Source: Thermoleophilaceae bacterium (GTDB taxonomy: Bacteria; Actinomycetota; Thermoleophilia; Solirubrobacterales; Thermoleophilaceae). Taken from it: DNA of 62,431 bases. The translations under genes were made by a program, and so were the position numbers. The notes beneath the pieces are model-generated. The model did not search any database, was not told where the DNA came from, and was given only the letters and a program-made list of their open reading frames with translations. Shown here in pieces: positions 53,429 through 62,215 of this stretch. The stretch covers positions 1 through 62,431 of the forward strand of contig JAXDIH010000205.1 in NCBI GenBank assembly GCA_034664105.1, written 5' to 3'. How positions within the stretch are numbered: the first letter of the stretch is position 1; each line of letters opens with the position of its first letter.

Positions 53429-54297
53429 GCGACTCCGGCTGGGTCGCCGGCATCGTGCGGCCACAGCGCACGGGCGAGCGCCACGGGCATGCGCTCGTGC
53501 ACGACCCCGTGCCAGTCGATGGCGCCGCGCACCTTCTCCGCCAGGCTCTCGACTGGCTCGGACCCGACGCCGAAGCGCGGGATCCGCAACGGCTGATCGG
53601 ATTCCCGTAGCGCGCGCGGCAGCGAGAACACCCCCAGCTCGTAGCCCGCGCGAGCGGCGGTGGCGAACGTGCTCTCGGTGACGTGGCGGCGCAGCTTGCC
53701 CCACGGGTAGGCGATCGCCGACACCGGGGCCGACAGGCGCTCTTCGAGGACCTGCTTGGAGCGGGTCAGCTCGCGCTCCGCCTCGGCGTCGTCGATCTGC
53801 GCCAGGTTGCGATGGCTCCAGGTGTGCGACCCGAAGCTCATGCCCGCCGCGCGCATCTCCTCGACCTGCTCCCAGGCGAGCGGGTCCAGCTGGTCGATCG
53901 GCGTGCTCCAGGTGTTGGCCAGCCGGGCCATGACCGGCGCGTCACGCTCGAGGAAGCCGGCGGTGAGGAAGAACGTGGCGGGCATGCCGCGCGCCGCCAG
54001 GAGAGGGAGCGCGTGGGTGTGGTTGTCGGCGTAGCCGTCGTCGAAGGTGATCGCCACCTGCGGACCGCTTGACGCGCGGCGCCGGTCGACCAGGTCGCTC
54101 AGCGCCACGACGGTGCAGTGGCGCTCCAGCCACTTCAGGTGGGCGTCGAACAGCTCGGGCGAGAGCGAGAGATAGCTCGCCGACGGGCTGACCGAGTGGT
54201 AGCACAGCACCACGCGCCGGCCGAGCTGCTCGGGTGGCGGGGCAACCCTGCGCGCGCCGGCCGCGGCCGCACGCTTGAGGGTCTCGCGCACGTCCAT
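53425..54297 (-). CDS. Polysaccharide deacetylase (CE4 / NodB homology domain)
   Basis: Contains ITFDDGYADN and GSHTWSHRNL. Confidence 0.85.
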   Translation of the reverse strand: MDVRETLKRAAAAGARRVAPPPEQLGRRVVLCYHSVSPSASYLSLSPELFDAHLKWLERHCTVVALSDLVDRRRASSGPQVAITFDDGYADNHTHALPLLAARGMPATFFLTAGFLERDAPVMARLANTWSTPIDQLDPLAWEQVEEMRAAGMSFGSHTWSHRNLAQIDDAEAERELTRSKQVLEERLSAPVSAIAYPWGKLRRHVTESTFATAARAGYELGVFSLPRALRESDQPLRIPRFGVGSEPVESLAEKVRGAIDWHGVVHERMPVALARALWPHDAGDPAGVA

Positions 54298-54301
54298 CGC
54301 C

Positions 54302-55471
54302 TCAGCCCCTCGGGGCGACTTGTTGCCGTGTCGCCACCGGCTCCCAGGTGGTGAACCTCACCCCGGCGAGCAGCGAGACCACCGCCAGCGCCGCCGCGCC
54401 GTTGGCGAGGCAGAAGTAGTAGGGGATCCAGAGCGGCTTCAGCCGCCCCCAGCGAGTGTGCGCCAGCACGGCGCCGGCGGCCGCGAGGCCGTAGAAGGCA
54501 AGCTGGGGGCCGAGCACGATCCACCAGGCGGGCGACCGGCTCGCGAGCACGACGCTCGCGGCCAGCAGCGCCACCAGGAAGAACGCGACGAAGCGGCGCA
54601 GGAGCTTGTGGAAGACCACCTCCAGCGCATAGAGGCCCGTGCGGGTCGGCAGCAGCGCGTCGCCGAGCGCGAGCGCCGACCGCAGGCCGCGGTTCATCAC
54701 GCGCACCTTGCGGCGCAGCTCGGTGCCGCCCTCCTCGGGGGTCGCCACTCGGACCACCGCCCGTTCGTCGAAGGCCAGGCGCCCACCCTCTCTGACGACC
54801 TGGCTGGAGATCACGAAGTCGTCGGTGGCGGCCGTCCGCGTGGAAGGCGTGAACGAGCTGCGGCGCACCGCGTAGAGCTGGCCGCTCGCCGACACGACGC
54901 TGCCCACGCGGTCCTCGAGTCGCTTGAGCAGCCGCTCGTAGCGCCAGTAGAGGCCCTCACCGCGGGCCACGGGCCGGCCGTCCTCCTCGACGAAGCGGAC
55001 GACGTTGGCCGCGACGCCGCCCACCCGCTCGTCGGCGAAGTTGGACATCAGCTGGCGCAGAGCGCCCGGCTCGAACATGGAGTCGGCGTCGGTGAAGACC
55101 AGGATCTCGCCGGAGGCCACCTGCTCGGCCCGGTTGAGCGCGGAGAGCTTGCCCAGGCGCGGCAGGTCGAGCACTTGCGTCGCGCCGGCCCGGCGCGCGG
55201 CCGTCACGGTCCCGTCGCTTGAACCATCCGAGGCGACGATCAGCTCCAGCAACTCGGGCGGGTAGTCGGAGGCCAGGACGTTGACCACCTTGTCGGCGAT
55301 CACGTCGACCTCGTCGTGGGCGGCCACGATCACCGAGAGCGGCGGCTCCATCGGAGCCCGCCGCCTGGGGCGCGGGCGCAGGCGGCCGAGCAGCACGAGT
55401 GCCAGCGGGTAGCCGGCGTAGATCCATGCCACCAGCGCCGCCGACACCACCAGCACCGCCACCGCGATCAT
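54302..55471 (-). CDS. Membrane-embedded GT2 glycosyltransferase (synthase-like architecture)
   Basis: Has an N-terminal TM, the motifs VSVIVAAHDE, DGSSDGT and FTDADS, and C-terminal TMs. ATG 55471 overlaps the upstream stop. Confidence 0.85.
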   Translation of the reverse strand: MIAVAVLVVSAALVAWIYAGYPLALVLLGRLRPRPRRRAPMEPPLSVIVAAHDEVDVIADKVVNVLASDYPPELLELIVASDGSSDGTVTAARRAGATQVLDLPRLGKLSALNRAEQVASGEILVFTDADSMFEPGALRQLMSNFADERVGGVAANVVRFVEEDGRPVARGEGLYWRYERLLKRLEDRVGSVVSASGQLYAVRRSSFTPSTRTAATDDFVISSQVVREGGRLAFDERAVVRVATPEEGGTELRRKVRVMNRGLRSALALGDALLPTRTGLYALEVVFHKLLRRFVAFFLVALLAASVVLASRSPAWWIVLGPQLAFYGLAAAGAVLAHTRWGRLKPLWIPYYFCLANGAAALAVVSLLAGVRFTTWEPVATRQQVAPRG

Positions 55472-56889
55472 CGCGCCGGCCTCCGCGCCAGGCAGCCGGC
55501 GGCCAGGCCGAGGCCGAGGAAGATCCATTCGTAGCGCGCGTAGGCGCTGTGCAGGGTCACGGCGCAGATCAGGAAGGCGCCCAGGGCCACGAGCAGGCCT
55601 TCGCCGAGCAGGGCGTCGCTGCCGCCCAGGCGCGAGCGCGCTCGCCAGGCGCCCGCGAGCGCCAGCCAGACGATGCCGAGGAAGGCCGTGGTTCCGAGCA
55701 GGCCGGTCTCGGCCAGCGATTCGAGGTAGAGGTTGTGCGCTCCGCGCTGCTCAGCCCGGGGATCGATGCCGATCGCCGCTGAGTAGTGCTGGTAGTGGAC
55801 CTCGAAGTTGTCGGGGCCCACGCCGAGCAGCGGGTGGTCGGCCCACATGTGCAGGCCGGCGAGGTTCTCGCTCTGGCGGCCACGCAGGGCGGTGTCCGGC
55901 CGAGTCGTGCCGTCGGAGCTGGTGGTGGCCTCCGACAGCGCGCCGACCCGCTGCTGCAGGCTCTGCGGCAACACCAGCAACCCGAGCGCGATCACCGCGC
56001 ACAAGCCAAGGGCGAGCACGCGCAGGCGCACGCCGTTCAGCAGGCCGACCAACACGGCCACCACCAGCAGCGCGATCAGGGCAGCCCGCGACTGCGTGTA
56101 GGCGAGGGCCACGACGCAGGCGACGGAGATCGACGCGGCGAGGAGACGCGCGGGCCCGCGTGGCTGGATGCGGGCGAGGTAGAAGGCGAGCACCGCCGCG
56201 GTGGCGAGGACCTGGCCGAACGGGTTGGGGTTGAGCGGGCCGGCGCTGCGCATGGCGTCGCCGTCGGGGAGGACGCTGGCGAAGCCCGCGTAGGACGACC
56301 CGTAGCTCTTGGTGACCTGCTGGACGATCGCGAGCAGGGCGAGCAGGCCGACGCCCGTGACGACCGCCCACAGGGCGCGGCGCAGCCAGGTAGGCGTGTC
56401 GAGGAGCACCATCAGGAGGGCGACGACGGCGCCGTAGCTGACGAGGTCGAGCGTCTCGGCGGCGGCGGCCGAGCGATCCGCGGCGAACACGGAGGCGAGG
56501 AGGTAGGCGAAGACGAGCGCCGCGAAGAGCGCGAGCTCACGGGGGACGGCGAAGCGTTCGCGGCCGGCGGCCCAGCGCAGCAGGGCGCCGGCCAGGACGA
56601 TGGCGGTGAGGGCGTGGGCGGAGGTGCGGTTGGCGAGGACGTCGGGGGCGTAGGCGACGAGGAGGAAGAGGGCGGCGACGAGGGACCAGCGAGGCTGGGA
56701 GACGGCGCCGACGACAGCGAGACCGCCGAAGCAGGCCAGGACGACGAGCTCCAAGGGGTCGCCGGCGCGGCCAAGCGCGCTGCCGACGGCAAGCGCGGCA
56801 GCGCCAACGGCAAGCCGGCCGGACCAGAGCGCGAGGGCAGCCGGAGCCGGACGAGGCGGAGCGTGGCCGGTCAGGCTCGCGTCATGCAC
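55468..56889 (-). CDS. O-antigen ligase / Wzy-type polymerase family membrane protein
   Basis: Polytopic membrane protein. The Wzy_C-like loop motifs are YTQSRAALIA and HNLYLESLAETG. Start is GTG 56889. Confidence 0.8.
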   Translation of the reverse strand: MHDASLTGHAPPRPAPAALALWSGRLAVGAAALAVGSALGRAGDPLELVVLACFGGLAVVGAVSQPRWSLVAALFLLVAYAPDVLANRTSAHALTAIVLAGALLRWAAGRERFAVPRELALFAALVFAYLLASVFAADRSAAAAETLDLVSYGAVVALLMVLLDTPTWLRRALWAVVTGVGLLALLAIVQQVTKSYGSSYAGFASVLPDGDAMRSAGPLNPNPFGQVLATAAVLAFYLARIQPRGPARLLAASISVACVVALAYTQSRAALIALLVVAVLVGLLNGVRLRVLALGLCAVIALGLLVLPQSLQQRVGALSEATTSSDGTTRPDTALRGRQSENLAGLHMWADHPLLGVGPDNFEVHYQHYSAAIGIDPRAEQRGAHNLYLESLAETGLLGTTAFLGIVWLALAGAWRARSRLGGSDALLGEGLLVALGAFLICAVTLHSAYARYEWIFLGLGLAAGCLARRPAR

Positions 56890-56890
56890 G

Positions 56891-58111
56891 TCACTCCTCG
56901 TCCTCGGGCGGAGTGGGCTTGTCGTCCTCGGGCGGAGTGGGCTTGTCGTCCTCGGGCGGCGCCGGCTTCGCGTCGTCCTGCGGGGTGGGCTTGTCGTCCT
57001 CGCGCTCGGAGGGCTTCGCCTCCTCGGGCGGCGCCGGCTTCGCCTCCGGCGGCGGGCTCGGTTTCGCCTCGTCGCGCGCGCTCGACTGGTGGTTGCGCGG
57101 TGCCGCCTTGACGTCCTCGCGCGCGCTCGGCTTCTCGTCGGGCGCCGCCGGCGTTCGCGGCCGCGGGGCGGGCTTTGGCCTCGCCGGGGGCTGGAGCGAC
57201 GAGCCCGCCTGTGACCGGGCGCCGGACTGTGTCGGAGCGAGGGGAGTGGTCGCGGCGGTGGGCTTGCGCGGGGGGCGCGGCATCGCCCGGGCCGGCGCGA
57301 TTGGCCGGGGGCCGGTCCGGGGCCGGTCGTCGGATGCGGGGGAAACCCCGGGCTCCGGCGCGGGCGCAGCATCGGGCCGGCCGTTGGACCCCCTGGACGC
57401 GGCCGGTTCGGGCCGGGGCGCGGGCGCAGCGTCCGCCTCTGGCCGTTCGTCGCGCGCCGCCGCCTCTGCCTTGGCCTCGCCCGCTTCCACTGCCGCTCGT
57501 CGCCCCTCGACCTGCTCGACCAGGCGGCGCAGCTGCGGCTCGAGGCGCAGCTCGGCGGCCACCAGCGCCACCCCGAGTGCCGAACCCACCAGCAGCGCCA
57601 GGATCACCACCTGCGCCGTCCCGGGACCGCTGCTGCCCACGTCGGCTTGCGTGCTCAGCCGTTCCAGCGCGTACGCGGAGTAGCTCGCGGCCACGTAGTT
57701 CGATGCCGCGCGCGCGTATCCGGCGGCGAGCCGGGTCACCAGCGTCCTGTCCGGCCCGGCCAGCGTCGAGTCGATCAGCGTGCTTCCCGGCTGCAGCGTC
57801 GATTCGATCGTGTAGTCGGGCCCCAGCTGGACGCCGGCGTCCGTCGCGGCCCTCCTCAGGATCGCCCGGCTCCTCAGCACGCCAACCACGGTGTGCACCA
57901 GCGGGCTGTCGGACTTGAGCGCATCCAGCGTGCCGGGCAGGTCGCTGTTGGTCACGGACACGTCCGGGCGCAGGACGAACTCCACGGTGGCCCGGTGTTC
58001 GTCGGGCTCGCCCGCGGCCGCGACCGCCGCCCCGAGTGCCGCCAGCGCGGCCACCGCAGCCACCACCCACCACCGGCGGGCCAGCCGCACGCGAAGGGCA
58101 GCCAGGTCCAT
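56891..58111 (-). CDS. Wzz/PCP-like chain-length determinant with a long disordered Pro/Lys/Asp/Glu tail
   Basis: Two TM segments flank a periplasmic segment of about 130 aa. About 215 C-terminal residues are low-complexity and end in DDKPTPPE repeats. I saw no kinase motifs. Confidence 0.7.
   Translation of the reverse strand: MDLAALRVRLARRWWVVAAVAALAALGAAVAAAGEPDEHRATVEFVLRPDVSVTNSDLPGTLDALKSDSPLVHTVVGVLRSRAILRRAATDAGVQLGPDYTIESTLQPGSTLIDSTLAGPDRTLVTRLAAGYARAASNYVAASYSAYALERLSTQADVGSSGPGTAQVVILALLVGSALGVALVAAELRLEPQLRRLVEQVEGRRAAVEAGEAKAEAAARDERPEADAAPAPRPEPAASRGSNGRPDAAPAPEPGVSPASDDRPRTGPRPIAPARAMPRPPRKPTAATTPLAPTQSGARSQAGSSLQPPARPKPAPRPRTPAAPDEKPSAREDVKAAPRNHQSSARDEAKPSPPPEAKPAPPEEAKPSEREDDKPTPQDDAKPAPPEDDKPTPPEDDKPTPPEDEE
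56900..57075 (-). repeat. 24-bp tandem repeats (two perfect copies, then degenerate copies) encoding (E/D)DKPTPP-type units
   Basis: The unit gtcctcgggcggagtgggcttgtc occurs at 56900-56923 and 56924-56947. Diverged copies follow. Confidence 0.85.
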
Positions 58112-58113
58112 GC

Positions 58114-59445
58114 TCAGTACGCCCCCCTCGAAACGAACACCGACCGCACCGTGGCGAGCACGAGCCGGAGGTTCGTCCGCAGGGACCTCGACCGCGCCTG
58201 ACGGATGTCCAGCCGGCAGCGCTCGGCGAAGTCCATGCTCCCGCGCCCCTCGGCCTGCCAGCGCCCGACCAGCCCGGGCGTCACGTCTAGGCGCTCGCTC
58301 TGCCAGAGGTCGTAGTCGGTCAGCTTCACCGAGCACGGCCGCGGTCCCACCAGCGTCATCTCCCCGCGCAGCACGTTGTACAGCTGCGGGAGCTCGTCGA
58401 GCGAGTACTTGCGCAGCACCCGCCCCACCCGGGTGACGCGCGGGTCTTCGGCGATCTTGAAATCCGGCCAGGGGAGGGTGTTCAGGTGCTTCAGCGCCTC
58501 CTTCATCCGTTCGGCGTCGCGCGCCATGCTGCGCAGCTTGAACAGCTCGAAGGTGCGGCCGTCGCGGCCCAGGCGGTTGATGCGGACCATCGCCGGGCCC
58601 GGCGAGTCGAGCTTGACCGCGATCGCGAGCAGGCCAACCAGGGGGACCACGATCGGCGCCAGCAGAGTGAGGGCGAGCAGGTCGGTGCCGCGCCGTGGCG
58701 GAATCGCAAGAGCGCGGGTCTCGACGAGCATCGGCGGTCGGTCCTCGCGCTCCGCGGTCGGACGCAGGCCCACGCTGGGCCCGTCGCCTCGCTGCCACGG
58801 CCGTGCCCGCGCTCGGGCCACGGCCTTCAGCGATTCGAACGTCTGTCCGTCCTCGGGGAACGAGGCGACTCCGATCAGCGCGTTCGTGCGCTCGCCGGCC
58901 GGGGAACGACCCAGGACGGCCAGCGCGACATCGCTGTCGGCGCCGGGCATGACGACCACCACCTCGGCGCCCGTCGCCACGCGCACCACCGCGTCGGTCA
59001 TGCGCAGGCCGGTCGCCAGCTCCCCGGCGACCTGGGCCACCCGCCGCGTCGACCCGCGCCCCCCGGGCACGGAGATGCTCGCCACCGCCAGGTGGGAGCG
59101 CTCGCGCCGCACGCGCGCGAAATCCCGCGCGACCGGGTCAGGGCTCGGCGAAACGCCGACCGAGAGCAGGGCGAACCTGTCCACGATCAGCATCAGCAGC
59201 GCCGCGAGGCCGACGTAGATGACGAGGTCCTCGGCGCCGTAGTGAAGGGCATAGGCCCCGACGCAGCCCAGCGCCGGCGGCCACGTGGCCCAGGACGGCA
59301 ACCGGGCCGCACGCCCAACGACGACGACCGCCTGCGCGGCCATGATCACCCCGAAGCCGAGCAGCCAGGGACCCTCGGCCCTCGTCACGACAGCCGACGC
59401 CAGGGCGGCCAGCGCGCAGCCTGCCAGCCACATCACGACCAGCAT
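58114..59445 (-). CDS. Initiating polyprenyl-phosphate sugar-phosphate transferase (bacterial sugar transferase) with N-terminal TMs and a degenerate GGDEF-like domain
   Basis: The C-terminal domain is PF02397-like (GRDGRTFELFKLRSM, DELPQLYNVLRGEMTLVGPRP). Residues of about 105-215 align by eye to a GGDEF fold. Confidence 0.85.
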   Translation of the reverse strand: MLVVMWLAGCALAALASAVVTRAEGPWLLGFGVIMAAQAVVVVGRAARLPSWATWPPALGCVGAYALHYGAEDLVIYVGLAALLMLIVDRFALLSVGVSPSPDPVARDFARVRRERSHLAVASISVPGGRGSTRRVAQVAGELATGLRMTDAVVRVATGAEVVVVMPGADSDVALAVLGRSPAGERTNALIGVASFPEDGQTFESLKAVARARARPWQRGDGPSVGLRPTAEREDRPPMLVETRALAIPPRRGTDLLALTLLAPIVVPLVGLLAIAVKLDSPGPAMVRINRLGRDGRTFELFKLRSMARDAERMKEALKHLNTLPWPDFKIAEDPRVTRVGRVLRKYSLDELPQLYNVLRGEMTLVGPRPCSVKLTDYDLWQSERLDVTPGLVGRWQAEGRGSMDFAERCRLDIRQARSRSLRTNLRLVLATVRSVFVSRGAY

Positions 59446-59597
59446 GCCCGCCGCCAGATGTGAACCTCAGCCACAGGACCCGAAAGAGCTAAAGCGGGCG
59501 GAGCGGCTCGCCATCCTCGTTATGTACCCCCGATCGCGCCAGACCATCCCCACCAATGAGGGTTTTGGCGTATAGCGGGTGCCCCGGGGGCTGACGG

Positions 59598-60026
59598 TCA
59601 GTGCTGCTGAAGCACTTCGCGCACCTCGCGCGGCAGCTGCGCGAACACGTCCTCGACCTCACCCTCGCTCACGTGGCGCTCCAGGACGGCCGTGGCCGCC
59701 TCGGCCGCGCGGGCGGCCGCATCCCGGTCCGGAAGCCCGGCACGCTCGGCGATCAGGTCGAGGAACTGCTCGGCGTGACGCAGCTTCGCCGGCTGGTGGG
59801 TGGGGTCGAAGCCGTCGTAGAACGCTCCGCGCAGCACCTGCGGGAGCTGAGCCGCGAGCTGGGCCGCTTCCTCAACTGTCAGGTCGTCGCGCAGCGTCTG
59901 AAGGTAGGCGTGCAGCACGCGCCAGGCGTCCTCGCGGTCGGCACCGAGCTCCTCCGCGAGCTCGGAGACCCACTCGTTGGTCTTGTGGACGCTGCGCTCG
60001 ATCGAGTCGACACTCCGAAGGGACAT
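59598..60026 (-). CDS. DUF2267-domain protein
   Basis: 142 aa. Contains KTNEWVSELAEELG, VLHAYLQTLRD and LPQVLRGAFYDG, typical of DUF2267. Confidence 0.75.
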   Translation of the reverse strand: MSLRSVDSIERSVHKTNEWVSELAEELGADREDAWRVLHAYLQTLRDDLTVEEAAQLAAQLPQVLRGAFYDGFDPTHQPAKLRHAEQFLDLIAERAGLPDRDAAARAAEAATAVLERHVSEGEVEDVFAQLPREVREVLQQH

Positions 60027-60124
60027 GCCTCCCGTGTTAGGCCAGACGGAGGGCCGGCCAAGTGGTCGTCAGGCGAGGCGCTGGAACGGTACTCACCCCC
60101 GAGCGGGTCGAACTGGCTGTGGAC

Positions 60125-61015
60125 ATGCCGCGCTTCCTCGCCGCAGAGCCGCTGGCGCAAGTGGCCGCGGAACTGGGCGAGGGACCGGCGTGGGACACGG
60201 AGCTCGGCGTCCTGTCCTGGGTGGACATCCTCGTCGGGCGCGTGCACGTGGGCTCGGCGAGCGGCGAGCTGCTGCGCACCTTCGAGCTCGGCCGCGCGGT
60301 CGGCTGCGCCCTGCCGGCGGCCGCGGGCGGCTTCTTGCTGGCCGACGCCGACGGCTTCAGCCTGCTCTCCGAGGGGGGTGCCGCGTCCGGCCTGCTGGCG
60401 GTGGTGGCCGACCGCCCGGACCTGCGCTTCAACGACGGCAAGTGCGACCCCCAGGGTCGCGCGTGGGCCGGCACGATGGACAACCACGCGGCCCCGGGGG
60501 CGGGCACGCTCTACCGCCTCGACGCCGGGCCGGTGGCCACACCGGTGCTGACCGGGGTCTCGGTGTCCAACGGGCTGGGCTGGAGTCCCGACGGCGCCAC
60601 CATGTGGTTCTCAGACTCGGGGCACCGGCACGTATCCGCGTTCGAGTACGACGTGAAGACAGGGGCGCTCGGCGAGCTGAGCTTCGTAACCGAGCTCCAG
60701 CGGACAGCCGCCGTGCCGGACGGTTTGTGCGTGGACGACCACGGCTGCATCTGGGTCGCCCTGTGGGGCGGCGGCGCCGTGCACCGCTACACCCCCGAGG
60801 GACGCCTGGATACCGTGGTCCGCGTGCCCGCCGACCAGGTCACGAGCTGCTGCTTCGGCGGGTCCGGCCTGTCGACGCTGTTCGTCACGACCGCGCGCAG
60901 GGGCATCGGGCCGGAGGCGCTCGCGCGCCAGCCCGCGGCGGGCGGCCTGTTCGCCGTCGAGACCGGCGTCACGGGGCCCGCCGCCGTGCCGTGGCGATCG
61001 GTCGCCCGACCGTGA
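60125..61015 (+). CDS. SMP-30 / gluconolactonase / LRE-family protein
   Basis: Contains LGEGPAWD, RFNDGKCDPQGR, SNGLGWSPDG and PDGLCVDDHG. Start set at ATG 60125. Confidence 0.85.
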   Translation: MPRFLAAEPLAQVAAELGEGPAWDTELGVLSWVDILVGRVHVGSASGELLRTFELGRAVGCALPAAAGGFLLADADGFSLLSEGGAASGLLAVVADRPDLRFNDGKCDPQGRAWAGTMDNHAAPGAGTLYRLDAGPVATPVLTGVSVSNGLGWSPDGATMWFSDSGHRHVSAFEYDVKTGALGELSFVTELQRTAAVPDGLCVDDHGCIWVALWGGGAVHRYTPEGRLDTVVRVPADQVTSCCFGGSGLSTLFVTTARRGIGPEALARQPAAGGLFAVETGVTGPAAVPWRSVARP

Positions 61016-61574
61016 GCGCGCTCCGCAGCTGTGGCTCCAGCTCCGCGTAGCGGGCGTCGGGCTCCACGCCGAGGCCGTCGAGCATCTTGCTGAAGAAGCA
61101 ACGCGCGGAGGCAGCCGCCACCACGTCGCCGATGTCGGCATCGGAGAGACCGAGCGAGCGCAGGCGGTCGATCTCCGCCTCGGACACCGAGCTGGCCTCG
61201 TCGGCCACCTTGTCCGCCAGATCCATCACGGCCATGTCGACCTCCGTCAGGCCGGCCGAGTGGTGGTCGGCCACGAGGGCTCGCACCGCGTCCTCGTCCA
61301 TGAACCGCTCGGTCAGCACGGACCCGTGCGCGAGCATGCAGTAGCTGGAACGCAGCCGGCGCGCCGCGGCGACGCTCGCCAGCTCGTAGCGGCGCACGTC
61401 CATGCGGGCCTTGATCGCCCCGATCAGCTGGCGCCACGCCGCGTAGACCTCGGGTTGGTGCGAGAAGGCGCGGGTGAAGTTGGGCAGGTGGCCGAAGGTC
61501 TCGCGGTCGGCCTCGTACATGTTCGCCACGAGCTCCGGTGCCGCGGCTTCGGGAATGGTCTCGATGAAGGTCAT
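60969..61574 (-). CDS. Carboxymuconolactone decarboxylase / AhpD-like family protein
   Basis: Helical AhpD-like pattern (SSYCMLAHG). ATG 61574 follows AAGGAG. The 3' end overlaps the convergent lactonase gene by 47 nt. Confidence 0.7.
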   Translation of the reverse strand: MTFIETIPEAAAPELVANMYEADRETFGHLPNFTRAFSHQPEVYAAWRQLIGAIKARMDVRRYELASVAAARRLRSSYCMLAHGSVLTERFMDEDAVRALVADHHSAGLTEVDMAVMDLADKVADEASSVSEAEIDRLRSLGLSDADIGDVVAAASARCFFSKMLDGLGVEPDARYAELEPQLRSALTVGRPIATARRRAP

Positions 61575-61740
61575 AACTCCTTCATACACGGCGACTCGCT
61601 CGCTCCGCTGCGACGGGCGCTAGCCTTGGGCGACGGGTCGAGCGTCCGCTCGGCCAAAGAGGTGCCCCGCGTTTCCGCAGTCGTTGCCTTCGAGCACCCT
61701 CCGCGTTTCGCAGTGCACATACCCCGGAGGGGGAACAAGA

Positions 61741-61944
61741 ATGGCTACAGGAACCGTCAAATGGTTCAGCGACGACAAGGGCTTCGGCTTCATCACACCC
61801 GATGAGGCGGGCAAGGACCTGTTCGTGCACCACAACGCGATCCAGGGCAGCGGCTTCAAGTCGCTGACCGAGGGCGCGAAGGTCAGCTACGACGCCGAAG
61901 AGGGCCCCAAGGGCCCCGCGGCCGCGAACGTCCAGACGCTTTAA
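61741..61944 (+). CDS. cspA: Cold-shock protein
   Basis: Starts [21 protein letters not shown] and continues ...DLFVHH (RNP1 and RNP2 motifs). It has a 5' leader of about 150 nt. Confidence 0.97.
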   Translation: MATGTVKWFSDDKGFGFITPDEAGKDLFVHHNAIQGSGFKSLTEGAKVSYDAEEGPKGPAAANVQTL

Positions 61945-61951
61945 GCCCAGC

Positions 61952-61981
61952 GACGGAGGGCTCGTTCGCGGGCCCTCCGTC
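61952..61981 (+). terminator. Hairpin terminator after csp (10-bp perfect stem)
   Basis: The hairpin is gacggagggc-tcgttcgcgg-gccctccgtc, starting 8 nt after the TAA. There is no strong T-tract. Confidence 0.55.
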
Positions 61982-62025
61982 CGCTTCGCCCGCACCGACC
62001 CGCTCGAACGACTCGGAGGACAGGC

Positions 62026-62214
62026 ATGGCCTCAAGTGGCAAGCGAAAGACCACGATGGCAAAGCTGAACCGTGAGCGCAGGCTGCTCGAGCGCCGGATC
62101 GAGAAGAAGGCCCGCAAGGACGCCCGCAAGCGCGCCTCGGCAGACGGTACGCCCTGGCCCTCGGAAGCTCCCGCCTGGCACACGGAACCGCCGAGCGCGC
62201 CAAGCGACTTCTGA
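62026..62214 (+). CDS. Small, highly basic hypothetical protein (62 aa)
   Basis: The ATG follows GGAGGACAGGC. The N-terminal half is Lys/Arg-rich (KLNRERRLLERRIEKKARKDARKR). I have no family assignment. Confidence 0.45.
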   Translation: MASSGKRKTTMAKLNRERRLLERRIEKKARKDARKRASADGTPWPSEAPAWHTEPPSAPSDF

Positions 62215-62215
62215 G

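Noticed and set aside
59446-59597. The GC palindrome gccccgggggc and surrounding sequence downstream of the DUF2267 gene, considered as a terminator or as the promoter region of the EPS operon.
   Set aside because: The stem is short with no T-tract, and I could not identify a convincing -35/-10 pair. The evidence is too weak to annotate.
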